Shown: positions 21,624 to 31,017 of the stretch, in pieces | How positions within the stretch are numbered: position 1 is the first letter of the stretch | How the letters are laid out: each line of letters begins with the position of its first letter | From: a virus | Virus record (IMG/VR): IMGVR_UViG_3300032116_015770 | Length of the DNA: 64,000 nt | Direction: 5' to 3' (one strand) | Program-made: the position numbers and the translations under genes | The notes under the pieces: model-generated | What the model was told of the DNA's origin: nothing | What the model saw: the letters and a program-made list of their open reading frames with translations, nothing else | The model's database searches: none

Positions 21624-22053
21624 ATTTTTAAAGCTAACTAATGGTGAGGATGTTATAGCTATGGTGAGTGATGATTATTTACCCGGTGCTACTATCTCCT
21701 TTATACAAATACAAGACCCTGTACTGATTAGATCCGCAAGATTTCCTCGGGGTAATATGGTAATTGAAACTTATATTATGCAACCATGGATTAAGATATC
21801 TAAATCTAACATCATGGTTATACCTACTTCTTCTATACTAACTGCTGTAGATATTACGGATAGTGCTGTAGAGCAGTATAATGAGTTTTTACAAATGAAA
21901 CACGATCAAGAATTTCAAGAGAGTCAAGAAGCATCACCTGAAGCTTTATCAGAAAGTGACATCTTGCAACAATTAATGGAAGCAGTATCAGCTCGTGATG
22001 AGTTGTATGATGAAGAGGAAGAAGATGATGGAGCAACAAGAACATACCACTGA
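21613..22053 (+). CDS. Conserved T4-like hypothetical protein (uvsW-gp55 interval)
   Basis: KLTNGEDVI N-terminus; conserved position. Confidence 0.65.
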   Translation: MQCKFLKLTNGEDVIAMVSDDYLPGATISFIQIQDPVLIRSARFPRGNMVIETYIMQPWIKISKSNIMVIPTSSILTAVDITDSAVEQYNEFLQMKHDQEFQESQEASPEALSESDILQQLMEAVSARDELYDEEEEDDGATRTYH

Positions 22054-22603
22054 ACAAAAAAAGGTTCCTGCTCATTACGTAGATAACAAAAAATTTTTTG
22101 AAGCGCTAGTTGAGTATAAGAAGCAGGTGGATCACGCAGTAGCTAATGGTTTAGAAAAGCCTAGAGTTAGTAATTACTTAGGAGAATGTTTTTTAAAAAT
22201 TGCAACTCACTTATCCTATAAAGCTAATTTTATAAACTATTCCTACAAAGACGATATGATATCGGACGGTATCGAAAATTGTCTTACTGCTGTAGAAAAA
22301 TTTGACCCTACTCGATCTACAAACCCATTTGCATATTATACACAGATTATTTACTTTGCGTTTGTAAGGCGTATTCAGAAAGAAAAGAAACAACAAGCAA
22401 CAAAATATAAGTTACTAGAAAATATTGACTTTGAACAGTTACTTGAACATTCTTCGGATAACGAAGAATATACAAATCACATTATAGAACTTATGCGTAA
22501 ACAAGTAGATACTATAGAGCCTGAGCGAAGAGAAGTAACTACTAAAAAGAAAAAGAAAGAAAAAGAAGAAAATATACCAAACTTTCTTGATGATTTAGAA
22601 TAA
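22028..22603 (+). CDS. 55: Late sigma factor gp55
   Basis: HYVDNKKF, MISDGIENC, NPFAYYTQI, RRIQKEKKQ motifs; start refined from the ORF track. Confidence 0.95.
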   Translation: MEQQEHTTEQKKVPAHYVDNKKFFEALVEYKKQVDHAVANGLEKPRVSNYLGECFLKIATHLSYKANFINYSYKDDMISDGIENCLTAVEKFDPTRSTNPFAYYTQIIYFAFVRRIQKEKKQQATKYKLLENIDFEQLLEHSSDNEEYTNHIIELMRKQVDTIEPERREVTTKKKKKEKEENIPNFLDDLE

Positions 22604-22669
22604 ATAATATATTATATCATGTACGTGTGATCGGGTGCCCTTCCACCCGTCATCTAACTAGGAGCATTA

Positions 22670-23503
22670 ATGTCAAAGATTAAAGTCGCGGAGTTATTTT
22701 ACTCCATTCAAGGTGAAGGTCGCTATATGGGCGTACCTTCTGTCTTCCTAAGAACCTTCGGATGTAACTTCAAATGTGAAGGTTTCGGTATGCCTAAAGG
22801 TGAAAGGACCGATGAGTATCTTAAAGTTAACCCTGATAGTTACAAATCTTACCAGGATCTTCCTCTTGTATCTACTGGCTGTGATTCTTACGCTTCTTGG
22901 GATCCTCGCTTTAAGCACTTATCCCCTGTTCTGGATAGTGAAGCAATTGCACAAGCCATTATCGAAATGCTTCCGCATAAAAGATGGAAAGATGAACATC
23001 TAGTTATTACTGGTGGTGAGCCTCTATTAGGATGGCAAAAAGCTTATCCTGATTTACTAAGCCATAGACTTATGTTAGGTCTTAAAGAAGTTACTTTTGA
23101 GACTAACGGTACTCAAGAGCTGTCTAGCGAGTTTAGAAAATATCTAACTAACTCTTTTAATTACGACGAAATAACTTTTTCAGTTTCACCTAAACTATCT
23201 GTATCAGGTGAGAAGTGGGAAGAGGCTATCAAGCCAGAAGTTGTTCGTGAATATGAAAAGGTTGGTTACACCTATCTTAAGTTTGTCGTTGCTACAGAAG
23301 AAGACGCGGAAGAAGCGCAAAAGGCTGTCTTCCAATATCAAAGTGCAGGTTTTAGTGGCCCGGTTTATTTAATGCCTGTAGGTGGTGTAGAATCTGTATA
23401 CCACATGAATAATAGAAAAGTAGCTGAATTAGCTATGAATAAGGGTTTTAGGTACTCAGATAGATTACAGGTACCTCTTTTTAAAAATGAATGGGGTACA
23501 TAA
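22670..23503 (+). CDS. queE: 7-carboxy-7-deazaguanine synthase (radical SAM)
   Basis: ELFYSIQGEG, FLRTFGCNFKC, ITGGEPL, ETNGT, VSPKL motifs. Confidence 0.93.
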   Translation: MSKIKVAELFYSIQGEGRYMGVPSVFLRTFGCNFKCEGFGMPKGERTDEYLKVNPDSYKSYQDLPLVSTGCDSYASWDPRFKHLSPVLDSEAIAQAIIEMLPHKRWKDEHLVITGGEPLLGWQKAYPDLLSHRLMLGLKEVTFETNGTQELSSEFRKYLTNSFNYDEITFSVSPKLSVSGEKWEEAIKPEVVREYEKVGYTYLKFVVATEEDAEEAQKAVFQYQSAGFSGPVYLMPVGGVESVYHMNNRKVAELAMNKGFRYSDRLQVPLFKNEWGT

Positions 23504-23688
23504 TGTCAGAGACACATAGAAGGACTATAGTAAGAGCTATTACATGGCGAATTGTTGCTACTTTGGTAACAGCTGTATGGACAGGTTTGTCGGGAGCTAT
23601 CATAATTAATATCTTCATGACAATAGCTCATTACATACATGAAAGAGCTTGGTTAAAAATTAAATGGGATACGGAAACGGAGAACTAA
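23503..23688 (+). CDS. Small membrane protein, DUF2061-like
   Basis: ETHRRTIVRAITWR...HERAW pattern. Confidence 0.65.
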   Translation: MSETHRRTIVRAITWRIVATLVTAVWTGLSGAIIINIFMTIAHYIHERAWLKIKWDTETEN

Positions 23689-24366
23689 ATGTCATTACAA
23701 GTCGGTAAAACAGATCCAGAGCTAGGTTATAAGATTGAGGAATATCTTCGTGAGAAGGGTGTACATACACCTACTATCATCGATAAGCTTAATGTAAAAG
23801 AAAAGTCGAAGATTAACAAGATCGAAAAGCACTTTGCTGCTATTATGGATATTCTTGGTCTTGATCGTGAAGATGACTCATTGACTGATACTCCTCTGCG
23901 AGTAGCTAAGATGTATGTAAATGAAATCTTCTGGGGTTTGAAACCAGAGAACTTTCCTAAATGTACTGTCATCGAGAACAAGATGGGGTACGATGAAATG
24001 GTTATCGAGAAGGACATTACACTAATGTCTAACTGTGAACACCATTTTGTTACTATTGATGGTAAGGCCCATGTGGCTTATATTCCTAAAGGTAAAGTAT
24101 TAGGTTTATCTAAACTTAATCGTATCGTTGAATATTTTGCACGTAGACCTCAAGTACAGGAACGTATTGCAGAACAAATCTATCATGCACTAGCGTTTAT
24201 TCTGGGTACAGATGATATTGCTGTTGTAATTGAAGGTACACACTACTGTGTAAAGAGCAGAGGTGTAGAAGATCATTCGTCTTATACCTACACAGCTAAG
24301 CTTGGTGGTTGTTTTAGAAGTGAACCAGAAGCACGTGCTGAGTTTATGACCTTGATTAAAAAATAA
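23689..24366 (+). CDS. folE: GTP cyclohydrolase I
   Basis: [37 protein letters not shown] motifs. Confidence 0.96.
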   Translation: MSLQVGKTDPELGYKIEEYLREKGVHTPTIIDKLNVKEKSKINKIEKHFAAIMDILGLDREDDSLTDTPLRVAKMYVNEIFWGLKPENFPKCTVIENKMGYDEMVIEKDITLMSNCEHHFVTIDGKAHVAYIPKGKVLGLSKLNRIVEYFARRPQVQERIAEQIYHALAFILGTDDIAVVIEGTHYCVKSRGVEDHSSYTYTAKLGGCFRSEPEARAEFMTLIKK

Positions 24367-24368
24367 TT

Positions 24369-24737
24369 ATGAATCGATATATGAGGGGTGCTAAGATATA
24401 CTTAGCAGAATTCACCGATAAGGTAAATGGTGATACATTTTTAAAATTTGGTTACACAGGTTATAAAGATGCTGCTGATAGATTTCGTTTTGAGCCAGAG
24501 CAATACTCAAAGTGGGATATACGTATTCTTTGCACCGCTTATCATCCAGACAAAAGTGTTATTGAGCAAACAGAAGAGAGATTGAAGAAAAAATATCCTA
24601 AGAATTTTTGGTTAGAAGAAAAAATTGTAGGGGTAACTGAAATAGTTAAGATGAGCAAATCTACTAGATACGCAGCTATTCAGGAAGTTCGTAATCTTAA
24701 TGAGCAATGGAAAAAAATATATGTTAATCAGCCATGA
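24369..24737 (+). CDS. Hypothetical protein, possible GIY-YIG-like fold
   Basis: KIYL...LKFGYT....DRF resembles a GIY-YIG/T5orf172-type N-terminus. Confidence 0.4.
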   Translation: MNRYMRGAKIYLAEFTDKVNGDTFLKFGYTGYKDAADRFRFEPEQYSKWDIRILCTAYHPDKSVIEQTEERLKKKYPKNFWLEEKIVGVTEIVKMSKSTRYAAIQEVRNLNEQWKKIYVNQP

Positions 24738-25515
24738 AGTACCACTATCTTTACTAGGAAAATCTATAGCATTTAATGATTATGACTATGCTCTAGTTCA
24801 TCTGTTTGAAACAGAGCCACTATACTATAAGTTTTTTGAGGAGTCACTAGCTCAAGGAAGAAAAGTTATCTTAGATAACTCGGTGTTTGAATTAGGTGAA
24901 GCTTTTAACATGAATACGTTTGCAAAATATGTTAACCAGCTTAAACCTACAGAGTATATTATACCAGATGTTCTAGAGAATATGGAAAGAACAATTGGTA
25001 ATGCTATGATGTTTAAAGAGCTATTCCCTGATCTACCAGGAAAATCTATTGGTGTCGTTCAAGGCAAAAATTATAGGGATCTAGTTACATGTTATGAGGA
25101 ACTAGATATACTAGGTGTAGATAAAATTGCTTTTTCATTTGACTATAGTTATTATGAAGATTTATATAAGCACCCTAACAAATGGATGTCCTTTACACTA
25201 GGTAGAGTACAAACACTAACGAGAATGTTAAATGAAGGAATTATTAACAAGGATAAACCACATCACCTACTGGGTTGTTCACTACCTATCGAATTCTTGT
25301 TTTATAGACAAGGGTTCGAATGGATTGAGACCATGGATACTTCCAGCCCTGTGGTTCATGGGCTTCTTAATACTCTTTACGAGCCTGGTGGTTTGGTTGA
25401 TAAGCAGTCCATTAAACTGGTCGACTTATTATATTCCGTACCCGATCATGAGCAGATGAGTTTTATTCAAGCAAACATTAATTACTTTAGATCGTATGTA
25501 AAAGGTACAGAGTAA
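24721..25515 (+). CDS. dpdA: TGT-fold guanine transglycosylase, DpdA-like (possibly DpdA3 type)
   Basis: ILDNS, PDV, GVVQG, HLLG and DTSS motifs in the TGT/DpdA order; embedded in the que cluster. Confidence 0.72.
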   Translation: MLISHEVPLSLLGKSIAFNDYDYALVHLFETEPLYYKFFEESLAQGRKVILDNSVFELGEAFNMNTFAKYVNQLKPTEYIIPDVLENMERTIGNAMMFKELFPDLPGKSIGVVQGKNYRDLVTCYEELDILGVDKIAFSFDYSYYEDLYKHPNKWMSFTLGRVQTLTRMLNEGIINKDKPHHLLGCSLPIEFLFYRQGFEWIETMDTSSPVVHGLLNTLYEPGGLVDKQSIKLVDLLYSVPDHEQMSFIQANINYFRSYVKGTE

Positions 25516-26078
25516 TGTACTGGATTGCTTTTTTTAGTCAAACAGGATCAGAGATAGTTCATCTATCTAAAGAACTAGGTCGCTCACCTGATTTAATTCT
25601 TACTAATAACAAAGATGTTTCAACATATCACCCTGATATGGTACTTCTAAGTATACCAATGTACGTAGCAGGGCATGATGGTCTAATGCAATTTCTTCGT
25701 GATAATTATAATAACCCTAAAGAAGTACTGATTACTCTACACGGGTATTTAAGAATTATACCACCAGACGTTTGTGAACGATTTGAAATCTATAACGGCC
25801 ATCCCGGCTACATTACAGCATACCCTGAACTTAAAGGTAAAGACCCACAAGTAAAAGCTTGGGAAGCCAGGCATCGTTGGGTAGGTTGCGTTATACACAA
25901 AGTAACAGCAGGTGTAGATGAAGGTCCTATTGTCGACCAGACAGGCGTACCGAATACAGCTAATTCATTAGACGAATTGTATAGCCTATTAAAGAGAAAA
26001 TCGCTATACTTATGGGAAAAGTTTATGTGGGGAAAGTTAAATGAAAATAGCGATAAGCGGCGCTCAATCAGTAGGTAA
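25515..26078 (+). CDS. PurN-like formyltransferase (candidate preQ1 formyltransferase, DpdN-like)
   Basis: FFSQTGS, LHGYLRII, NGHPG, HKVTAGVDEGPI formyltransferase motifs. Confidence 0.75.
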   Translation: MYWIAFFSQTGSEIVHLSKELGRSPDLILTNNKDVSTYHPDMVLLSIPMYVAGHDGLMQFLRDNYNNPKEVLITLHGYLRIIPPDVCERFEIYNGHPGYITAYPELKGKDPQVKAWEARHRWVGCVIHKVTAGVDEGPIVDQTGVPNTANSLDELYSLLKRKSLYLWEKFMWGKLNENSDKRRSISR

Positions 26079-26598
26079 GACTACATTAATTAATGCTTTA
26101 CGTTCTGAAGAAGCATTAAAGCAGTATACCTTTTGTACCGAAGTGACTAGACGTGTTAAGGGTTATGGGTTAAACATAAATGAAGAAGGTGATGACATTA
26201 CGCAGAGATTGATAATGCAAGAACATATTGTTAATGTCTTTATGAACGACAATATGATATCAGATAGATGTGCATTAGACGGTATTGTTTACTCTCACTA
26301 CTTAGCAGAAAATAAAAAAATAACTCAGAAGACATATGATTTTGCTGATAACATATTCAACAAACTCATGCCAAAGTATGACCTAGTCTTTTATATTCCA
26401 CCAGAATTTGAAATAGAAGATGACGGAACAAGAAGTATTAATAGGCATTTTAGAGATAGAATTGTAACATTATTTGATAGTTATATTAAAGAAAAACAAT
26501 TAACTACCGTCTACCTAGTAGGTTCAGTTAGAGAAAGAGTAGATACGGTACTTAAATATATAAAGGATGTTGAGCATGAGCAATCAAGAAGAACTTAA
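26041..26598 (+). CDS. P-loop nucleotide kinase-like protein (AAA_28/dNMP kinase-like)
   Basis: GAQSVGKTT Walker A; SDRCALD motif as in NMP kinases. Confidence 0.7.
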   Translation: MKIAISGAQSVGKTTLINALRSEEALKQYTFCTEVTRRVKGYGLNINEEGDDITQRLIMQEHIVNVFMNDNMISDRCALDGIVYSHYLAENKKITQKTYDFADNIFNKLMPKYDLVFYIPPEFEIEDDGTRSINRHFRDRIVTLFDSYIKEKQLTTVYLVGSVRERVDTVLKYIKDVEHEQSRRT

Positions 26599-27499
26599 TA
26601 AGCTAGTATCAGTTCACTTAGGTAAGGCAGGTGACGGTACGGTTGTAAAACCTTATGTTACACCTGACGATGTAGATCCTACTCTACTAGTAGCTGTACC
26701 AAGACATTTAAACAGGACGCAATATGATATTCAAGAAGATGACTTACCGTTTGTGGGAGTCGATGCGTGGAACGCTTATGAGTTCTCAACTCTTTTGGAT
26801 AATGGTTTTCCCGTCTCTGGTTGGCTTAAGTTTGTCTATGATTCTGATTCCCCTAATATTGTGGAGTCTAAATCAGTAAAGCTATACCTTAACTCTTATA
26901 ACATGGCGCGTCTCATTACATCTACATCTGACTTCTGGATGGTAGAAGATAGGATTGCCAGAGACTTGAGTGATGCTACCGGTGGTGAAGTAGAAGTATA
27001 TGCGTTCTTTGGAGATGTAGATACTACAAGACCTATTAGTAGTGATTTTGTATCTCTCGAATCTTACTGTAATGTAGAAAAAATGCAGTTTACAGACTAT
27101 AATGAGTCTGCCAGTATTTTAGAAGTTGTTCCTTCTATTGGTCGTTATGAAAGATGGCGTTCACATTCTCTACGTTCAAATTGTCGAGTAACTAATCAAC
27201 CGGATTGGGGTGATGTGTATGTACATATTAAAGGTGATAAGGCAGTTACTCCAGAATCTCTATTGCAATATATTGTTAGCATGCGCAAAGAGAACCACTT
27301 CCACGAAGAAATTTGTGAATGTATTTACAAACGTTTGTGGGATCTATTACAACCCGAGGAACTATTCGTGGCATGCCTCTATACTCGGAGAGGTGGTATT
27401 GATATTAACCCTGTACGAGCTTCAAGCCATGATGTGCTCTACACGTACGGTAACATAGCCAGTTCAATTACAGCATGTACTAAAACAGCTAGACAGTGA
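26576..27499 (+). CDS. queF: NADPH-dependent preQ0 reductase (bimodular type)
   Basis: ESKSVKLYLNSY QueF motif, SNCRVTNQPDWG catalytic Cys, YTRRGGIDINP. Confidence 0.95.
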   Translation: MSNQEELNKLVSVHLGKAGDGTVVKPYVTPDDVDPTLLVAVPRHLNRTQYDIQEDDLPFVGVDAWNAYEFSTLLDNGFPVSGWLKFVYDSDSPNIVESKSVKLYLNSYNMARLITSTSDFWMVEDRIARDLSDATGGEVEVYAFFGDVDTTRPISSDFVSLESYCNVEKMQFTDYNESASILEVVPSIGRYERWRSHSLRSNCRVTNQPDWGDVYVHIKGDKAVTPESLLQYIVSMRKENHFHEEICECIYKRLWDLLQPEELFVACLYTRRGGIDINPVRASSHDVLYTYGNIASSITACTKTARQ

Positions 27500-27506
27500 G
27501 GATATT

Positions 27507-27977
27507 ATGGGATTAGTTGCCTATGCAGAAAATGAATTAGATCGTATCGGTATGACCGATGACGGAGATATGAATGGTATTATGCGTAAACATCTCCTTC
27601 ATATGGTACATGAGTTCGCTGAAGAAGGTCACTCTGGGTTTTCAGCCAGTTATGCCTTACAATGTCTTAAAAAACTTCTTAACTTTAAACCACTATCACC
27701 ATTGACAGGTGAAGATGATGAATGGTCAGAAGTTACACAAAGGAGTGGATACCCACATTTCCAAAATAAACGTTGTGGTTCTGTATTCAAAGATGGTAAG
27801 AATGGTGAAGCATATGACATCGATGGTAAGGTATTTTGGGAATGGTATATTGATAAAGAAACTGGTGAAAAACAAAAATCATACTATACCTGTTTTGAAT
27901 CTAGAGTACCTGTAACTTTTCCTTATGTAGTGCCCGACGAGCCAATTTATGAATATAGAGAAAGTGGTGCAGAATGA
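27507..27977 (+). CDS. Conserved phage hypothetical protein
   Basis: GHSGFSA...PLSPLTGEDDEW...QNKRC pattern. Confidence 0.65.
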   Translation: MGLVAYAENELDRIGMTDDGDMNGIMRKHLLHMVHEFAEEGHSGFSASYALQCLKKLLNFKPLSPLTGEDDEWSEVTQRSGYPHFQNKRCGSVFKDGKNGEAYDIDGKVFWEWYIDKETGEKQKSYYTCFESRVPVTFPYVVPDEPIYEYRESGAE

Positions 27978-28186
27978 AGTCACCAGATAATAATGTAAAT
28001 GAAATATGTGAACAGTTTGTAACTCGTTCGCAACATGGGTTTAATAAGTACGGGGTAACTACTGAACGTACTGACTTAGACTTTGATCAATGGATACAGC
28101 ATCTGAAAGAAGAACTTATGGATGCTGTAGTTTATATTCATCGTATACAAAAAGAAAGAACTAAGTACAGAGATGACATTAAATGA
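27974..28186 (+). CDS. Small MazG-like nucleotide pyrophosphohydrolase
   Basis: KYG...HLKEELMDAVVY (EExxD metal motif of all-alpha NTP-PPases). Confidence 0.5.
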   Translation: MKSPDNNVNEICEQFVTRSQHGFNKYGVTTERTDLDFDQWIQHLKEELMDAVVYIHRIQKERTKYRDDIK

Positions 28187-28934
28187 CGCCCTAGACCTTT
28201 TACCAGATACTTCCGGATGTGTAGTTATTTTATCCGGTGGTATGGATTCTACTATTGCTATGAGATTGGCTGTAGAAAAATATGGTAGTAAAAACGTATC
28301 TGCCTTAACTTTTGATTATGGTCAAAAGCAATCAAAAGAGATTACTATGGCAGGTATTTCAACTGCTATACTTCGTGTTACTCATAAAGTAATAGATGCT
28401 TCGTTCTTAGGTGATATATCTAAAGGCTTTTCAGCCAATGTAGATAAAGATATCGCCATGCCAACGATTAAAGAAGTGTTAGGTGATCCTAGACCAAAGA
28501 CATATGTACCTAATCGTAATATGATCTTAATGTCTATTGCAGCAGCCTATGCTGAAACGAGAAACGTAGATACTATTCTTTGTGGCTTACAGGTACATGA
28601 CGAGTATGGTTATCATGATACTACTCAAAGGTGGGTTAATAAAGTAAACGATCTACTATCAGAAAATAGAATTATAAAAATTAAACTGGTAGCACCGTTT
28701 AGTAAACTATCCAAGTATGATGAGTTACAGCTACTTCGGGAAATGGAAGGCAATCTACAATTGACTGCTTTCACATTAACATGCTATAATCCCAATGAAG
28801 ATGGAGACTCATGCGGTAAATGTCCTAGTTGCTCTGAAAGAATCGCTAACTTTGCTAAGATAGGTGAAAGAGATCCTAAGACTTACTCTATGAGTATACC
28901 TTGGGATGACTTGATTAGTAAAATGAAAGTATAA
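28173..28934 (+). CDS. queC: 7-cyano-7-deazaguanine synthase
   Basis: SGGMDS, FDYGQ, YVPNRN, TCY...CGKCPSC motifs. Confidence 0.96.
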   Translation: MTLNDALDLLPDTSGCVVILSGGMDSTIAMRLAVEKYGSKNVSALTFDYGQKQSKEITMAGISTAILRVTHKVIDASFLGDISKGFSANVDKDIAMPTIKEVLGDPRPKTYVPNRNMILMSIAAAYAETRNVDTILCGLQVHDEYGYHDTTQRWVNKVNDLLSENRIIKIKLVAPFSKLSKYDELQLLREMEGNLQLTAFTLTCYNPNEDGDSCGKCPSCSERIANFAKIGERDPKTYSMSIPWDDLISKMKV

Positions 28935-28935
28935 T

Positions 28936-29550
28936 ATGTGCGCTATATTCTGTTCTTTTGATGTAAACACACTCAATAAACTTTATAAGCTAAATGCATA
29001 TCGAGGTGAGCTTGGTTACTCATTAGGCATCTTTAAAGCAGAAGCAGTTGCTGTTATACAAAATCTTTTCCAAGAAAGAGAACCTTATCCTGAAGATTTT
29101 ATTTCTAAAATAGGTGCACCAGGTTATTACTATGTAGGGCATAGTCAAGCACCAACTACAGATAACGATAATCAGCACCCCAGTGTAGTTAACGGTACGT
29201 ACCTATGGCATAATGGTATTATTAAACAATCTAATATACCTGAAGGGTACTGGGATACACTCTGGTTACATGAAAAACTGGTTTATAAAGGTTATCATGC
29301 GTTATCCGAAGTAGATGGTACTTTTGCCTGTGTATACTATAATAACTATGAGTTGATGGTTTTCCGAAATGAAATTTCTCCTCTTTATTATGACGAGAAT
29401 CTAAACATATCTTCTACTGAGTTCGAAGGTAGTACATTATTACCACCTAATAAAATATTCAGAATCAACTTACATAACTATAAAGAACTACCTATGTCTG
29501 AAATACATAGTTTTGATACAAAAGAGAATCCTTATTTTATACCGGAGTGA
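28936..29550 (+). CDS. Class II (Ntn) glutamine amidotransferase-like protein
   Basis: N-terminal MC, GHSQAPT, HP, HNGII, DGTFA motifs. Confidence 0.75.
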   Translation: MCAIFCSFDVNTLNKLYKLNAYRGELGYSLGIFKAEAVAVIQNLFQEREPYPEDFISKIGAPGYYYVGHSQAPTTDNDNQHPSVVNGTYLWHNGIIKQSNIPEGYWDTLWLHEKLVYKGYHALSEVDGTFACVYYNNYELMVFRNEISPLYYDENLNISSTEFEGSTLLPPNKIFRINLHNYKELPMSEIHSFDTKENPYFIPE

Positions 29551-29552
29551 TT

Positions 29553-30050
29553 ATGAAGCATGTAGCTGGATCCAACAGCAAAACAACTCTCACTAATGTA
29601 CAAGAAGGTGACGTACAGCCTAATGCAATAGACCTGAGACTAGATAAAGTATATTCCATTAACGAACAAATATTTGAGATTAGTAATGATCATAAAAAAC
29701 ATCGTGGGTCTACGGAAATCTTTCCTGACGAGGATGGATATTTTACGCTTTCACCGGGGTCTTATGAGATCGTTATGGAGAACATCATCCATGTGGGAGA
29801 GGGTGAAGCTGGTTGGGTCATTACTAGGAGCACTCTTAACAGAAACGGCTGCTTCATTACTTCAGGTTTGTATGATTCTGGTTATCATGGTGTTATGGCC
29901 GGGGTACTACATATTCAGGTTGGTACGGCGAGGATTAAAAAGGGTACAAGGGTAGGTCAGTATCTATCGTTTGATGCCGAAGCACTACATAACTATGATG
30001 GTGATTACGGTATAAACAAAGAGCACGATAAAAAATATAGCCAAGTATAA
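29553..30050 (+). CDS. Trimeric dUTPase/dCTP deaminase-fold protein
   Basis: QPNAIDLRL, RSTLNRNG, YDSGYHG, RVGQ, YDGDY motifs. Confidence 0.85.
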   Translation: MKHVAGSNSKTTLTNVQEGDVQPNAIDLRLDKVYSINEQIFEISNDHKKHRGSTEIFPDEDGYFTLSPGSYEIVMENIIHVGEGEAGWVITRSTLNRNGCFITSGLYDSGYHGVMAGVLHIQVGTARIKKGTRVGQYLSFDAEALHNYDGDYGINKEHDKKYSQV

Positions 30051-30054
30051 CATT

Positions 30055-31008
30055 ATGGCAAAGAATATTCTCGTTACAGGCGCTACCGGTTTTATTGGTG
30101 GCGCTATCTGCATTGAGTTAAATAGGTTAAAACATAATGTAATCGGTGTTGATAAAGTATACCGAGAAAGAATTAACCCCTACATAGATAAGTTCTATAA
30201 GGGGGACATATTAGATGTTATTACTCCAGAATTTTTACAGCAATATAAGTTTGATGCTGTAATACACTGTGCGGGTACAAACCTAGTTGGTCCAAGTATA
30301 CATTGGCCAGACAACTATTATGTAAATAACGTATCTAAGACTATACATCTAATAAGCTTACTTAGTAGATATCAAAAACACACACACTTCATGTTTAGTA
30401 GTAGTGCATCTGTCTATAGAACTAATAACAATCTATTAGACGAAGAAGCTGTAAAAGAACCACAATCACCTTATGCCAGAACAAAGTTAATGGTTGAGGA
30501 GGTTCTTGAAGACTATAGAAAAGCTCATGACTTTAAATATACAGCCTTCAGGTATTTCAATGCATGTGGATCCGTAGGTAGTATACATGGTCAAGAACCT
30601 CACTCGACACATATCTTTCCTCAGTTATTCGAATCTAAATCATTTGTATTAAATGGTACGGATTATAAAACTGAAGACGGTACTTGTGTAAGAGATTATA
30701 TTCATATTAACGATATTGCTACAGCACATGTTAGAGCTATGGAAAGACATGCCATAGGAGTATATAATCTAGGTAGTGGTGTAGGCATGTCCAACCAGCA
30801 AATTATTAACAAAGTGTTTGAGAAGATTGGTGAACAACCAATACGCATAGGTCCTAGAAGACCTGGAGATTGTGATAAGCTAGTAGCAGATATATCTAAA
30901 GCTAAAATGATATTACAATGGACACCAGTTTGTACATTATCAGATATAGTTAATGATCTAGATGAATGGTATAAATCTTCTAACTATAGAAAAATAAAGT
31001 TTTATTAA
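30055..31008 (+). CDS. galE: UDP-glucose 4-epimerase-like SDR
   Basis: TGATGFIG, SSSASVY, YARTK, RYFNACG, DGTCVRDYIH motifs. Confidence 0.88.
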   Translation: MAKNILVTGATGFIGGAICIELNRLKHNVIGVDKVYRERINPYIDKFYKGDILDVITPEFLQQYKFDAVIHCAGTNLVGPSIHWPDNYYVNNVSKTIHLISLLSRYQKHTHFMFSSSASVYRTNNNLLDEEAVKEPQSPYARTKLMVEEVLEDYRKAHDFKYTAFRYFNACGSVGSIHGQEPHSTHIFPQLFESKSFVLNGTDYKTEDGTCVRDYIHINDIATAHVRAMERHAIGVYNLGSGVGMSNQQIINKVFEKIGEQPIRIGPRRPGDCDKLVADISKAKMILQWTPVCTLSDIVNDLDEWYKSSNYRKIKFY

Positions 31009-31017
31009 GAGGTAAAA

